In this document: positions 27,515 to 35,463 of the stretch, one piece after another | Numbering within the stretch: position 1 is the first letter of the stretch | How the letters are laid out: the number at the start of each line of letters is the position of its first letter | From: Bdellovibrionia bacterium | GTDB lineage: Bacteria; Bdellovibrionota; Bdellovibrionia; Bdellovibrionales; JAGQZY01 | Assembly (NCBI GenBank): GCA_030424665.1 | Contig: JAUHWN010000003.1 | Span: 6,996-70,995, forward strand | Direction of reading: 5' to 3' | Length of the DNA stretch: 64,000 bases | Notes under the pieces: generated by a model | The model's database searches: none | What the model was told of the DNA's origin: nothing | The model's input: the letters and a program-made list of their open reading frames with translations, nothing else | Program-made: the position numbers and the translations under genes

Positions 27515-28815
27515 GTAGCGAGAGAGCAAAGAGCCTTCAAGAGATTGAAGAGCAGAAGAAAAATAAGTTAAGAGACGTCTCTTATAATCGTCGAATCTTA
27601 GTCGTCGAAGATGAGCCTGAGATTGCCGACTCCTATCGCAGACTTCTTGGGCAGCCCATTCAGCAAAGAAAACAAAGAAGATCTTCGCGAGGTGGAATGC
27701 AAAAGATGGCGTCGGCCGGGAGTGAGAGTTTAGAAAGAGAAAAGTTTATTATCGATATTGTCCACACGGCTGAAGATGCCCTAGTGCGCATTGAAGATTC
27801 TGTCGATGAAAATCGACCCTATGCCATGGCCTTTGTGGATGTCTTACTCGGTGAGGGAAAAGATGGAATTGAGCTTGTTCGCGAAATATTTAGCATGGAT
27901 AGTGACATCAATTGCGTATTTGTTACAGCTTACCAAGATCGTTCGGTTGATTCGATCCACGATCTCCTCGGACAGGAAAATAGCAACCGTTGGGATTACC
28001 TTAATAAACCCTTCTCTGATGGGGAAATTCTGCAAAAGGCTCGAAGTTCGATTAGTCTTTGGAACATGAGGCAACAAAGAGATCTCAAGCAACAGGAACT
28101 ATCGGAGGCGCGATCTCGATTACTGAGTTCTGAAAGAATGGTTTCAGTGGCAGCGGTAGCTAGAGGCGTTGGTCACGAGTTCGGAAATATACTCCTGCAT
28201 ATCATGGGTCGAGCTGAGCTCTCACGAATGGGCGAAGAAGAAGACATGAAGCACGGTCTCGATGTCATTCTTAAGGCCTGTGAAACAGCTACAGGTATTT
28301 TAGAAAAATTTAACGGCCTTGCAAAGCCGAGTGAAGAAAAGAAGAAACATCAGAGTATATTGGCTATGCAGCCTTTGAATGAAGCTTTAGATTTGATGTC
28401 TCACCAGTTGATGAGTTTTGAAGTCAACATCACCGCAAATGAAGATGATGTACTAACTTGTGAGGCTTCCAGTCATTCGTTGGTACAAGTCTTTGTAAAT
28501 TTAATTATGAATGCCATGGACGCCATGGGCGAAAGTGGCCGCATAGATATTTCATTGAAAGATGATGGAGATTGGGTTGAGTATCGAGTGAGGGATTTTG
28601 GCCCAGGAATTCCAGAACACATAATTGATCACGTTACAGAAGCATTTTTCACAACTAAGGGAAACAACGGGACAGGTTTAGGATTAGCCATCTGCCGCGA
28701 GATTGTTGAAATCGAGCACGGTGGTGAGTTCGTTGTTAAAAACCATTGTCAGCAAGGCGCAGAATTTGTGATCAGAGTGCCAAAAACGCAGGCATGGGAG
28801 GGGAAAAGTGAGTAG
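27511..28815 (+). CDS. Hybrid receiver / histidine kinase
   Basis: 434 aa. REC domain (RILVVEDEPEIADSY...FVDVLLGEGKDGIELV...KPF), then H-box GVGHEFGNILLHIMGRAEL and HATPase_c (DFGPGIPEH, GTGLGLAICREIV). It overlaps the upstream kinase gene by 4 nt. Confidence 0.85.
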   Translation: MSSERAKSLQEIEEQKKNKLRDVSYNRRILVVEDEPEIADSYRRLLGQPIQQRKQRRSSRGGMQKMASAGSESLEREKFIIDIVHTAEDALVRIEDSVDENRPYAMAFVDVLLGEGKDGIELVREIFSMDSDINCVFVTAYQDRSVDSIHDLLGQENSNRWDYLNKPFSDGEILQKARSSISLWNMRQQRDLKQQELSEARSRLLSSERMVSVAAVARGVGHEFGNILLHIMGRAELSRMGEEEDMKHGLDVILKACETATGILEKFNGLAKPSEEKKKHQSILAMQPLNEALDLMSHQLMSFEVNITANEDDVLTCEASSHSLVQVFVNLIMNAMDAMGESGRIDISLKDDGDWVEYRVRDFGPGIPEHIIDHVTEAFFTTKGNNGTGLGLAICREIVEIEHGGEFVVKNHCQQGAEFVIRVPKTQAWEGKSE

Positions 28816-29233
28816 TGAAAATGATTTGAGCATCGTTGTCGTCGATGACGACGCATTGGCCAGATCAATTATCGTCGAGTTCTTACAGTCCTTTGGATAC
28901 TCGAAGATTAAGCAATTTGGTTCTGGAGATCAGGCTATTAAATATATACAAGATGTGAATAACCCTGTGGATCTTGTGCTTTCCGATTGGGAAATGCCCA
29001 ATGGCACCGGTTTAAGTTTATTAAAAGCAGTACGCTGTAATACCGTTCGCAAGGACCTTCACTTTATGATGGTCACAAGTCAGCGCTCCCAGGAGCGATT
29101 TAAAATTTCTCAGGCTGCAAAATGGCGGGTTGATGCCTATTTAATTAAGCCTTTTCGCGGTAAAGTCTTGCGCGAAAAAGTAGACGAACTCGCCCAAAGT
29201 GCCATGCGGGAAAGAGCGAAACAGGCCAGCTAA
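28808..29233 (+). CDS. Single-domain CheY-like response regulator
   Basis: 141 aa with a GTG start after GGGAGGGG. REC residues: VVVDDD, LVLSDWEMPNGTG and YLIKPF. It overlaps the upstream gene by 8 nt. Confidence 0.85.
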   Translation: MSSENDLSIVVVDDDALARSIIVEFLQSFGYSKIKQFGSGDQAIKYIQDVNNPVDLVLSDWEMPNGTGLSLLKAVRCNTVRKDLHFMMVTSQRSQERFKISQAAKWRVDAYLIKPFRGKVLREKVDELAQSAMRERAKQAS

Positions 29234-29367
29234 TTATGTAAACTCAGTTCCCTTTTAAGTGAGATTTGGGAACTCGATTTTAGTCAGTATGTGTCCTCGA
29301 TCAAGGTTTGTAGGACTGTGTGAATTTTTTAAGGTGTGGGATAATTAAAGTGAGAAAGAGGAACTGG

Positions 29368-31122
29368 ATGAGAATCCTTTTAGGCACTTTAATTTTAATC
29401 TTCTTAGTATCGTCGCCGGTAAGTGCACAGGTGGGTGATAGCTTTGAAGTGGATATCACTTTTGATATGATCGACCGATCAACTTCAACGTTTTTTATAA
29501 ACGATCAAGATGGATTATTAGAGCCTCCTTTTTATGTCTACCAGGCCAATGATGGTCTCACGGGTTTATTTAACAAAAATATAAATGTGGGTGATGGTAG
29601 TGATGGGGTTTTTAACGCGACAACTTACGCTCAGTTTAGTGAGGGTGGCGATTTGTCCGGCAATATCATTCGCCTGAATCTAGCAACCTATCCGGAACTC
29701 AATGTGACCGAATTTGATCTCGAAGCCGGATGGACCATTGAGCCCATCGGTAACACTCCCTTGATTATTCGGAGCACTGGGACTGTAAATATTGCTGGAA
29801 CCATAGATTGTTCTGGAGAAGATGGCGAAGACGGCCGTGCTGGTATGGGTGATCGCGATGTGGTTTCATTGGGTGGCCAAGGTGTTTGCGGCGGTGGCAA
29901 CGGTGGAGATGGTGGATATCAATCGACCAACGCTACAAATGGTACAGAGGTCGGTGTTTTACCTATCGGGCCTGGTCAGGCGGGTGGTCGAAATACGGCT
30001 GATGCCAATGGGGCCGGTGGCGGTGGCGGCGGTGGTGCATTCGCTCCCGATACCCCTGGACTCGATGGTCCTTCAGACGGAAAAGACAATGGTGGTTTTG
30101 CCCTTGGCGGTCCCCGTGGAACTTCTTTTGAAGACAATGTGATTGCCACACAAGGTGGCGGTTCCGGTGGCGGCGGCGGCGGATACGCAGATTTCGGCGG
30201 TTCCGGTGGAACCGGCGGCGGTGGCGGTGCTGGCGGTGGCTCAGTTTATATATTCGCTCGCGGTAATATTGATATTGATGGTTTTATAGATGCCAGTGGC
30301 GGTGATGGTGGAGCTGAAGCCGACACCAGTGGCCCTGGTGGTGGTGGCGGTGGTGGTACCGTCTTTATTATTTCTCGAGGTATTATTAATGTTGCGGGTA
30401 ACGTCAATGCCGAAAGGGGCCAAGGCGGTAGTAGCGCTGGCAATGATGGTGATGGTGGTCAAGGTCGAACTTTCGTTAATGATCTAACCGACGACAATGA
30501 CTTTGGCTTTACAGGAGTTGCAGCCAATGTTCTTCCGCCTGCACTTTTCGCGGACTGGGGAAAGACTTTGTCTCGAGTTGCTGGACCGGCGGCAGTGGCG
30601 GATCCGACAGAGGTGAGTCCCGCTGATTACTACGAAATCGAAACTCAAGTTCTCGATACTGAGGCTCGTTCCTTTGAGGTCACAGACTTTACTGTCTATG
30701 GTAATAATCCTGGAAATGGAATTGTAGTCGTGCAAATGAAGGGCGCTCGCACCGAGGCAGCTCTAGAGCTGACTGATTACGAAACCTTGGCTTCGGGTAC
30801 CACCAAGGTCTTTCAAGACTCTCGTTTTTATAAAGTGAGAGTACGAGCCACAAATACAAGTCGACAAAATCCACTTCAAATCACGGGATTGGTTGTTAAT
30901 TTCTCAAAGTCTCAAGTGAATAGTTTTGAATTCAAAAGTGATGGGGGCGGTTGCGGAGCTATTTTACCGCTTGTGGGCTCAGGAGGCTCTGGCCCGGGTA
31001 ATGCCGATGGTTTAAGAGAAGCTCTATGGTGGCAGTCGCTTCTACTTTTGACCCTACTCCTCGCTCCCTTGAGTCTTATATTTTTCCGAAGGAAAAAAAG
31101 ATTTCAATTGAGCACTATTTAG
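29368..31122 (+). CDS. Exported glycine-rich, probably beta-helical surface protein with a C-terminal TM-plus-basic tail
   Basis: The ATG at 29368 (MRILLGTLILIFLVSSPVSAQ) follows GAGAAAGAGGA. The track starts at 29320. Poly-Gly runs (GAGGGGGGGAF, GGGSGGGGGGY, GGGGGAGGGSVYIFARGNIDIDG, PGGGGGGGTVFIISRGIINVAG) alternate with short beta-strand-like segments. The C-terminus is GGGCGA...WWQSLLLLTLLLAPLSLIFFRRKKR. Confidence 0.7.
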   Translation: MRILLGTLILIFLVSSPVSAQVGDSFEVDITFDMIDRSTSTFFINDQDGLLEPPFYVYQANDGLTGLFNKNINVGDGSDGVFNATTYAQFSEGGDLSGNIIRLNLATYPELNVTEFDLEAGWTIEPIGNTPLIIRSTGTVNIAGTIDCSGEDGEDGRAGMGDRDVVSLGGQGVCGGGNGGDGGYQSTNATNGTEVGVLPIGPGQAGGRNTADANGAGGGGGGGAFAPDTPGLDGPSDGKDNGGFALGGPRGTSFEDNVIATQGGGSGGGGGGYADFGGSGGTGGGGGAGGGSVYIFARGNIDIDGFIDASGGDGGAEADTSGPGGGGGGGTVFIISRGIINVAGNVNAERGQGGSSAGNDGDGGQGRTFVNDLTDDNDFGFTGVAANVLPPALFADWGKTLSRVAGPAAVADPTEVSPADYYEIETQVLDTEARSFEVTDFTVYGNNPGNGIVVVQMKGARTEAALELTDYETLASGTTKVFQDSRFYKVRVRATNTSRQNPLQITGLVVNFSKSQVNSFEFKSDGGGCGAILPLVGSGGSGPGNADGLREALWWQSLLLLTLLLAPLSLIFFRRKKRFQLSTI

Positions 31123-33539
31123 AATTGAATTCCTAGAAAGACTTCGCCTTTAAAGCTCGAGGAGAAGTCTCTTTCACCGAATTTTATTTGTCTGTAGTTG
31201 GCTCGCGGCTCTAGGGTTAATAGAAAGTGTTCAAAATCAAATAGGATCACATGCCAAGAGGGTTGGATTCCCCACTCTAGAACTTGATCACCAGCTCGAA
31301 GACTCAACTCAGTTTTGAAGCGGTGGTTGCGACTCAATGGGTAGTCGACCATCACATAGGCCCCGTAAACAAATTTTTGTCTAAAGGCAATGGCTTCGGC
31401 ACTTGCCCTGTAAACTTCACTGACTTCACCAAAGCTAATACCGTAGTTAAAAAGGTAGTCCTTCTGTTCTGCTCCCAAGTCGACGGACCAAACAGTTTCT
31501 TTGAGGCGAGGAGTTCCTTCGGTTTGCCCGAATACCACCTCTTTCCATGTACTCTCGTGGTATTCGGCATCGAGATACAATAAGTGACTACCAAAATAAT
31601 CAAGAGCCATACCGATTTTTCCGTTGATAAGTTGAAGACCCGCAAATTCACCACTAGAGCTTTCGGACCCTTCGAGCTCATTGACGACATAGGCCGCCCC
31701 GTAGCTCATCCAAAACCGATTTTGTGGAGGTTCTTCTGGAGTCGGTGCCACCTCTACGATGGGCTCGGGGGTCGGCGTTGGTTTTGGTTTAGCCACAGGT
31801 TTTGGCGTCGGAGTGGGCTTTGGCGGTGCTTTCCTCACATTAATGCTCTTGCTGATGCGCACTGGAGTTATTGATTTAGCCTTGGCTCGAAGATCTCGCA
31901 TATTGAGTTCTTCGATTTCACTAAACAAACCCATTCGGCCGTCATTGGCTCCACCGGCAACCCGCCAATAGATATTTCCTTCGGCTGTCGTCTCCCAAAA
32001 ATAGCGCGTCGTTTTGACTTTTTGAGTGTGTAGTAGATCCCTAAAATCCGAGCGCTTAGAAATTTCGATGACATAGTGATCAGCTCCGTCAACCTTCTCC
32101 CAGGCAAATCCAATCTCTATGCGCTGGCCAAAATCTTTACTACTTTTTTTCTTAGATTGAGCGGCTGATTTTCCAATGATCACTGCAGATAAGGTCCCTA
32201 CTAAGTCAAATCGATTCGAAGAATTTTTGTAACTTCCTTGCTCCTCTTTTTTGTCCTGCTTTTGATCGTTCTTTGAAGAATCATTAGGGTCAGTGGTTCC
32301 AGGTTTATTTTTTTCTTTGGAGTTTGATGGACTTCTTTTTGACTCTTCTATTTTCGACCTTTTAACTGCCGATGTCGATTTCAATTTTGGGGCACTTAAA
32401 GGCCTTGGAGTGATAAAAATGGGATTTGAATAAAGGGGAGGAATTTCAAAGCCATCTTCATCAAGGGCGATCACTTCCCAATGTTTTTGGCCCACTTCAC
32501 TTGGACGAATATTTTTACTCGTTCCTTTGGCTTCAAAACTCTTTTCATCGGATTCGTTTTTAAGCTTTAATTTGAATTGATCGATTTGTGCGCGACTCAA
32601 CCATTTAAAAGAAACATCAGTTCCCGCAGGAACTCGGTCCCGCGGTAGTGGAGAAATCAGATGAACGATGGGCGCTGGTCTGACCTCAATGGTTTTTGCT
32701 AAAGAAAGTTCATTTTGACCTGCGACTCTAACGTAGTAAGTCCCTGGAAATAGAAATACATCTTGCTCTGAAAAGTCAGAGCGGATGGGAATTATTGTTT
32801 CTTCGTTTCCTAGTTTTTCGAGGCTAATACTTTCTGCAGGCCCTTCCCATTGAATGGGATAGCGGATTGGGAAGGTGTGGGAGTAAACTCTTTCGAATTC
32901 GTTGCCCTTAACTCGCATTTCAAGGGAGACTTCATTCACTTCAAAACTTTGATCACTATTGAACTGGGTGAGGGTTCCCGAGTCAATTCGTGTGACCTTT
33001 TCTGTTTCAGGCGATGAGAGCTCGACTGCTCCATCAATGACTTCAAGTTCGAAATTATCTTTGAAGGATCTGATTTCAATCTGCGAACCCTCTTCGGCCG
33101 ATATACTATAGGATTTGGTTTCAAGAGTTGTGTTCTTAGAAAGTCTCCCTGTACGAAGGGCTCCCTGCTCAAACTTTAAACGGATCTTTTTATCGGCCTG
33201 TTCGGTTTGCTCTTGCTCCAAAAACACAAGAGTGTTTTCTGATAGAGAAAGTTCGACCTCATTATCGAGAATTATTTTTGCCGAAGAGTTGTCGAGGGTG
33301 AGAAGAGTGTCTTTGTTGTAAATTTTTGAAGCGGCTCTGCCATCTTCCCAAATCAGATTGTTGAGAGATCGTCTTCGAACGTTGTTGTGAACAAATTGAA
33401 TTTGGCCAATGATGGCCTCGCTATTTTCAATCTTGTTTTTAGAAAGCCATGGGATATGGATCACTTGTAGGTCATTGAGTAGCCAAGTGCTCAGAATAAT
33501 TAATATGCTAGTTGCGATTGATATTAGCCAGCGATCCAC
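31119..33539 (-). CDS. Large envelope protein: N-terminal TM, FecR-like domain, Ig-like middle, Pro/Lys linker, C-terminal probable beta-barrel
   Basis: 806 aa. TM: LISIATSILIILSTWLL. FecR-like: IGQIQFVHNNVRRRSLNNLIWEDG...TLLTLDNSSAKIILDNEVELSLSENTLVFL. Linker: PPKPTPTPKPVAKPKPTPTPEP. The C-terminal region has alternating hydrophobic residues and ends in ...VFLGIQF (terminal Phe). Domain calls are motif-level. Confidence 0.55.
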   Translation of the reverse strand: MDRWLISIATSILIILSTWLLNDLQVIHIPWLSKNKIENSEAIIGQIQFVHNNVRRRSLNNLIWEDGRAASKIYNKDTLLTLDNSSAKIILDNEVELSLSENTLVFLEQEQTEQADKKIRLKFEQGALRTGRLSKNTTLETKSYSISAEEGSQIEIRSFKDNFELEVIDGAVELSSPETEKVTRIDSGTLTQFNSDQSFEVNEVSLEMRVKGNEFERVYSHTFPIRYPIQWEGPAESISLEKLGNEETIIPIRSDFSEQDVFLFPGTYYVRVAGQNELSLAKTIEVRPAPIVHLISPLPRDRVPAGTDVSFKWLSRAQIDQFKLKLKNESDEKSFEAKGTSKNIRPSEVGQKHWEVIALDEDGFEIPPLYSNPIFITPRPLSAPKLKSTSAVKRSKIEESKRSPSNSKEKNKPGTTDPNDSSKNDQKQDKKEEQGSYKNSSNRFDLVGTLSAVIIGKSAAQSKKKSSKDFGQRIEIGFAWEKVDGADHYVIEISKRSDFRDLLHTQKVKTTRYFWETTAEGNIYWRVAGGANDGRMGLFSEIEELNMRDLRAKAKSITPVRISKSINVRKAPPKPTPTPKPVAKPKPTPTPEPIVEVAPTPEEPPQNRFWMSYGAAYVVNELEGSESSSGEFAGLQLINGKIGMALDYFGSHLLYLDAEYHESTWKEVVFGQTEGTPRLKETVWSVDLGAEQKDYLFNYGISFGEVSEVYRASAEAIAFRQKFVYGAYVMVDYPLSRNHRFKTELSLRAGDQVLEWGIQPSWHVILFDFEHFLLTLEPRANYRQIKFGERDFSSSFKGEVFLGIQF

Positions 33540-33625
33540 ATCTAACTTATCGGAATAGCTAGCTTTTTATTGGCGTTTCTGGAGTCTAATTCGGACCTTC
33601 GGCGGGTCCTAAAAAGTGCATTAAA

Positions 33626-33841
33626 TTACTTCTTCTTTTTGCTGGCTTTACGTCGCTGGGAGATCTGGTCAAGAATGGCAAACGCTTCGGCGCGAAGGTC
33701 ATTTTCGTAGACGAAACGATAAAATCCCTCAATTTCGGGGCTCTGACGAAACTTCTTCATAGAAGATGGCATGTTTTCACTGGTAGTGAAGTCGATGGTA
33801 CCGTCGCTAGCTACGCGAACCTTTTTTCTGCTTTTAGTCAT
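33626..33841 (-). CDS. Small basic hypothetical protein
   Basis: 71 aa with a GGGGAGAA RBS. It has K/R-rich termini. Family not recognised. Confidence 0.45.
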   Translation of the reverse strand: MTKSRKKVRVASDGTIDFTTSENMPSSMKKFRQSPEIEGFYRFVYENDLRAEAFAILDQISQRRKASKKKK

Positions 33842-33961
33842 AGATTTTCTCCCCTGGACCTAGTTCTATCGGTCAAAACCGGTTCTGGTCAAGTTAGGAC
33901 CTTGGTTTTGGTGGGATTTGTGTTACAAATTCCTGTGAAAGTGGCCAATTGGGAGGGATCC

Positions 33962-34819
33962 ATGAAAGTTTTGAGTGGAAAAGAAGTCGCAAAAGTTCGA
34001 TCCGATGACCTCAAGGCCCGGGTGGCCCAGTTTAAAGAAGCCAAAGGCCGAGCCCCCGAACTGGCAGTGATTTTGGTCGGAGAAGACCCAGCCTCCCAAG
34101 TCTATGTTCGCAACAAGGGCAAAGCCTGCGAAAAAGTGGGTATTCACTCCATCGAAAAAAAGGTACCAGCGGACATTACTGAGGCCGAACTCTTTAAATT
34201 GATCGATGAATTTAACGAAAGTAACACGGTCGATGGAATTCTTGTGCAGTTCCCACTGCCAGGGCACCTTTCTAAGGAAAAAGTGCTAGCGCGAATCCAA
34301 CCCATGAAAGATCCCGACGGTCTCACCTACGAAAATCTCGGTCTGCTTTGGGCTGGGCAAACACGAGTGGCTTCGTGCACTCCATTGGGGGTGATGAAAA
34401 TTCTAGAACACTATCAAATTCCGATCGAAGGAAAGAGGGCCGTTGTTATCGGTCGAAGTAATATTGTGGGTAAACCCATGGCACAACTTCTTAACGAAGC
34501 CAATGCTACCGTTAGTATTTGTCATTCGCGAACCAAAGATCTTCACGCCTACACTAAAGAGGCTGATATCGTCGTTGTTGCTGCTGGCAAACCGCGGTTT
34601 GTTGGTAAAGAAGCTTTTAAAGAAGGGGTCGTCATTGTTGATGTGGGTATTCACCGAATTGAAGTGGATGGTAAAAATAAACTTTGCGGTGATGTTCGTT
34701 ATGAGGAGCTTGAGGGGTTAGCATCTGCGGCCACCCCCGTTCCTGGTGGGGTTGGCCCGATGACAATCCAGATGCTATTGGAAAACACTTTGCATCTGGC
34801 TGAATTGAGAAATCAATAA
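33962..34819 (+). CDS. folD: Bifunctional methylenetetrahydrofolate dehydrogenase / methenyl-THF cyclohydrolase
   Basis: The ATG at 33962 follows GGGAGGGA. The track starts at 33902. Motifs: PELAVILVGEDPASQVYVRNK, DGILVQFPLP, VVIGRSNIVGKPMAQLL and PVPGGVGPMTI. Confidence 0.92.
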   Translation: MKVLSGKEVAKVRSDDLKARVAQFKEAKGRAPELAVILVGEDPASQVYVRNKGKACEKVGIHSIEKKVPADITEAELFKLIDEFNESNTVDGILVQFPLPGHLSKEKVLARIQPMKDPDGLTYENLGLLWAGQTRVASCTPLGVMKILEHYQIPIEGKRAVVIGRSNIVGKPMAQLLNEANATVSICHSRTKDLHAYTKEADIVVVAAGKPRFVGKEAFKEGVVIVDVGIHRIEVDGKNKLCGDVRYEELEGLASAATPVPGGVGPMTIQMLLENTLHLAELRNQ

Positions 34820-34820
34820 A

Positions 34821-35303
34821 TTAGAAGCTCTTTTTAGTCTTCCAAATTCTGTACTTAAGAACTTCGCCTTTTTTCGTGTAAACAACGATTGGAAGACGAG
34901 AGTTATATCGAACCGTAAGTACTGGTCCACCAACAAATCGAGTTGTCATTGTAGGATCATTGCAACCCATAAGAGTAGTTGTCGTCATACCGAGCTTAGA
35001 GAGATAGGCGGTAAAACCCCAACCATCAACATTCACTTCCTCGATCTCGCCGTAGGTGTGATAGTGGTTACAAGCATCAGTTTTCATCATGCTTCCAACC
35101 ATGATTTCAACTTTAGACATGTGTTCTTTTTTAAGGGGTTTGAGGTAGATGACGTTTCTAACTTCATCAGCTTCAGGCATAGGGAAGGCTTTAAGATAAC
35201 CTTTTGCTTCTTTTGTACCAGCCATTGAATTGAACACGGTTGTAATTTCAGCTTGAGCGAACTGAGCTCCCAAAACCATCATCAAGATAACCAAAAATTT
35301 CAT
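34821..35303 (-). CDS. eco: Ecotin (periplasmic serine-protease inhibitor)
   Basis: 160 aa with a signal peptide. The C-terminal RYNSRLPIVVYTKKGEVLKYRIWK closely parallels E. coli ecotin RYNSKLPIVVYTP..VDVKYRVWK. The conserved Cys pair and DGWG block are present. Confidence 0.85.
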   Translation of the reverse strand: MKFLVILMMVLGAQFAQAEITTVFNSMAGTKEAKGYLKAFPMPEADEVRNVIYLKPLKKEHMSKVEIMVGSMMKTDACNHYHTYGEIEEVNVDGWGFTAYLSKLGMTTTTLMGCNDPTMTTRFVGGPVLTVRYNSRLPIVVYTKKGEVLKYRIWKTKKSF

Positions 35304-35463
35304 TTGTTTCTCCTTAGAAAATTTTGGCTGGAGACTAAATTAATTCTATTTTGGAAAGTAGAAGTTTTTGAAATTTGTTATGGCTATGCAAGTCAAACTC
35401 TGTGTAACTGTGCATTAGTGATTTGTTTTTACATCGTAATTTACGGAACAAACATTATTTCGA

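Noticed and set aside
29688-30874. Alternative-frame ORFs lie inside the polyglycine region of the 29368-31122 gene.
   Set aside because: This is the same low-complexity frame artefact. They have no independent start context.
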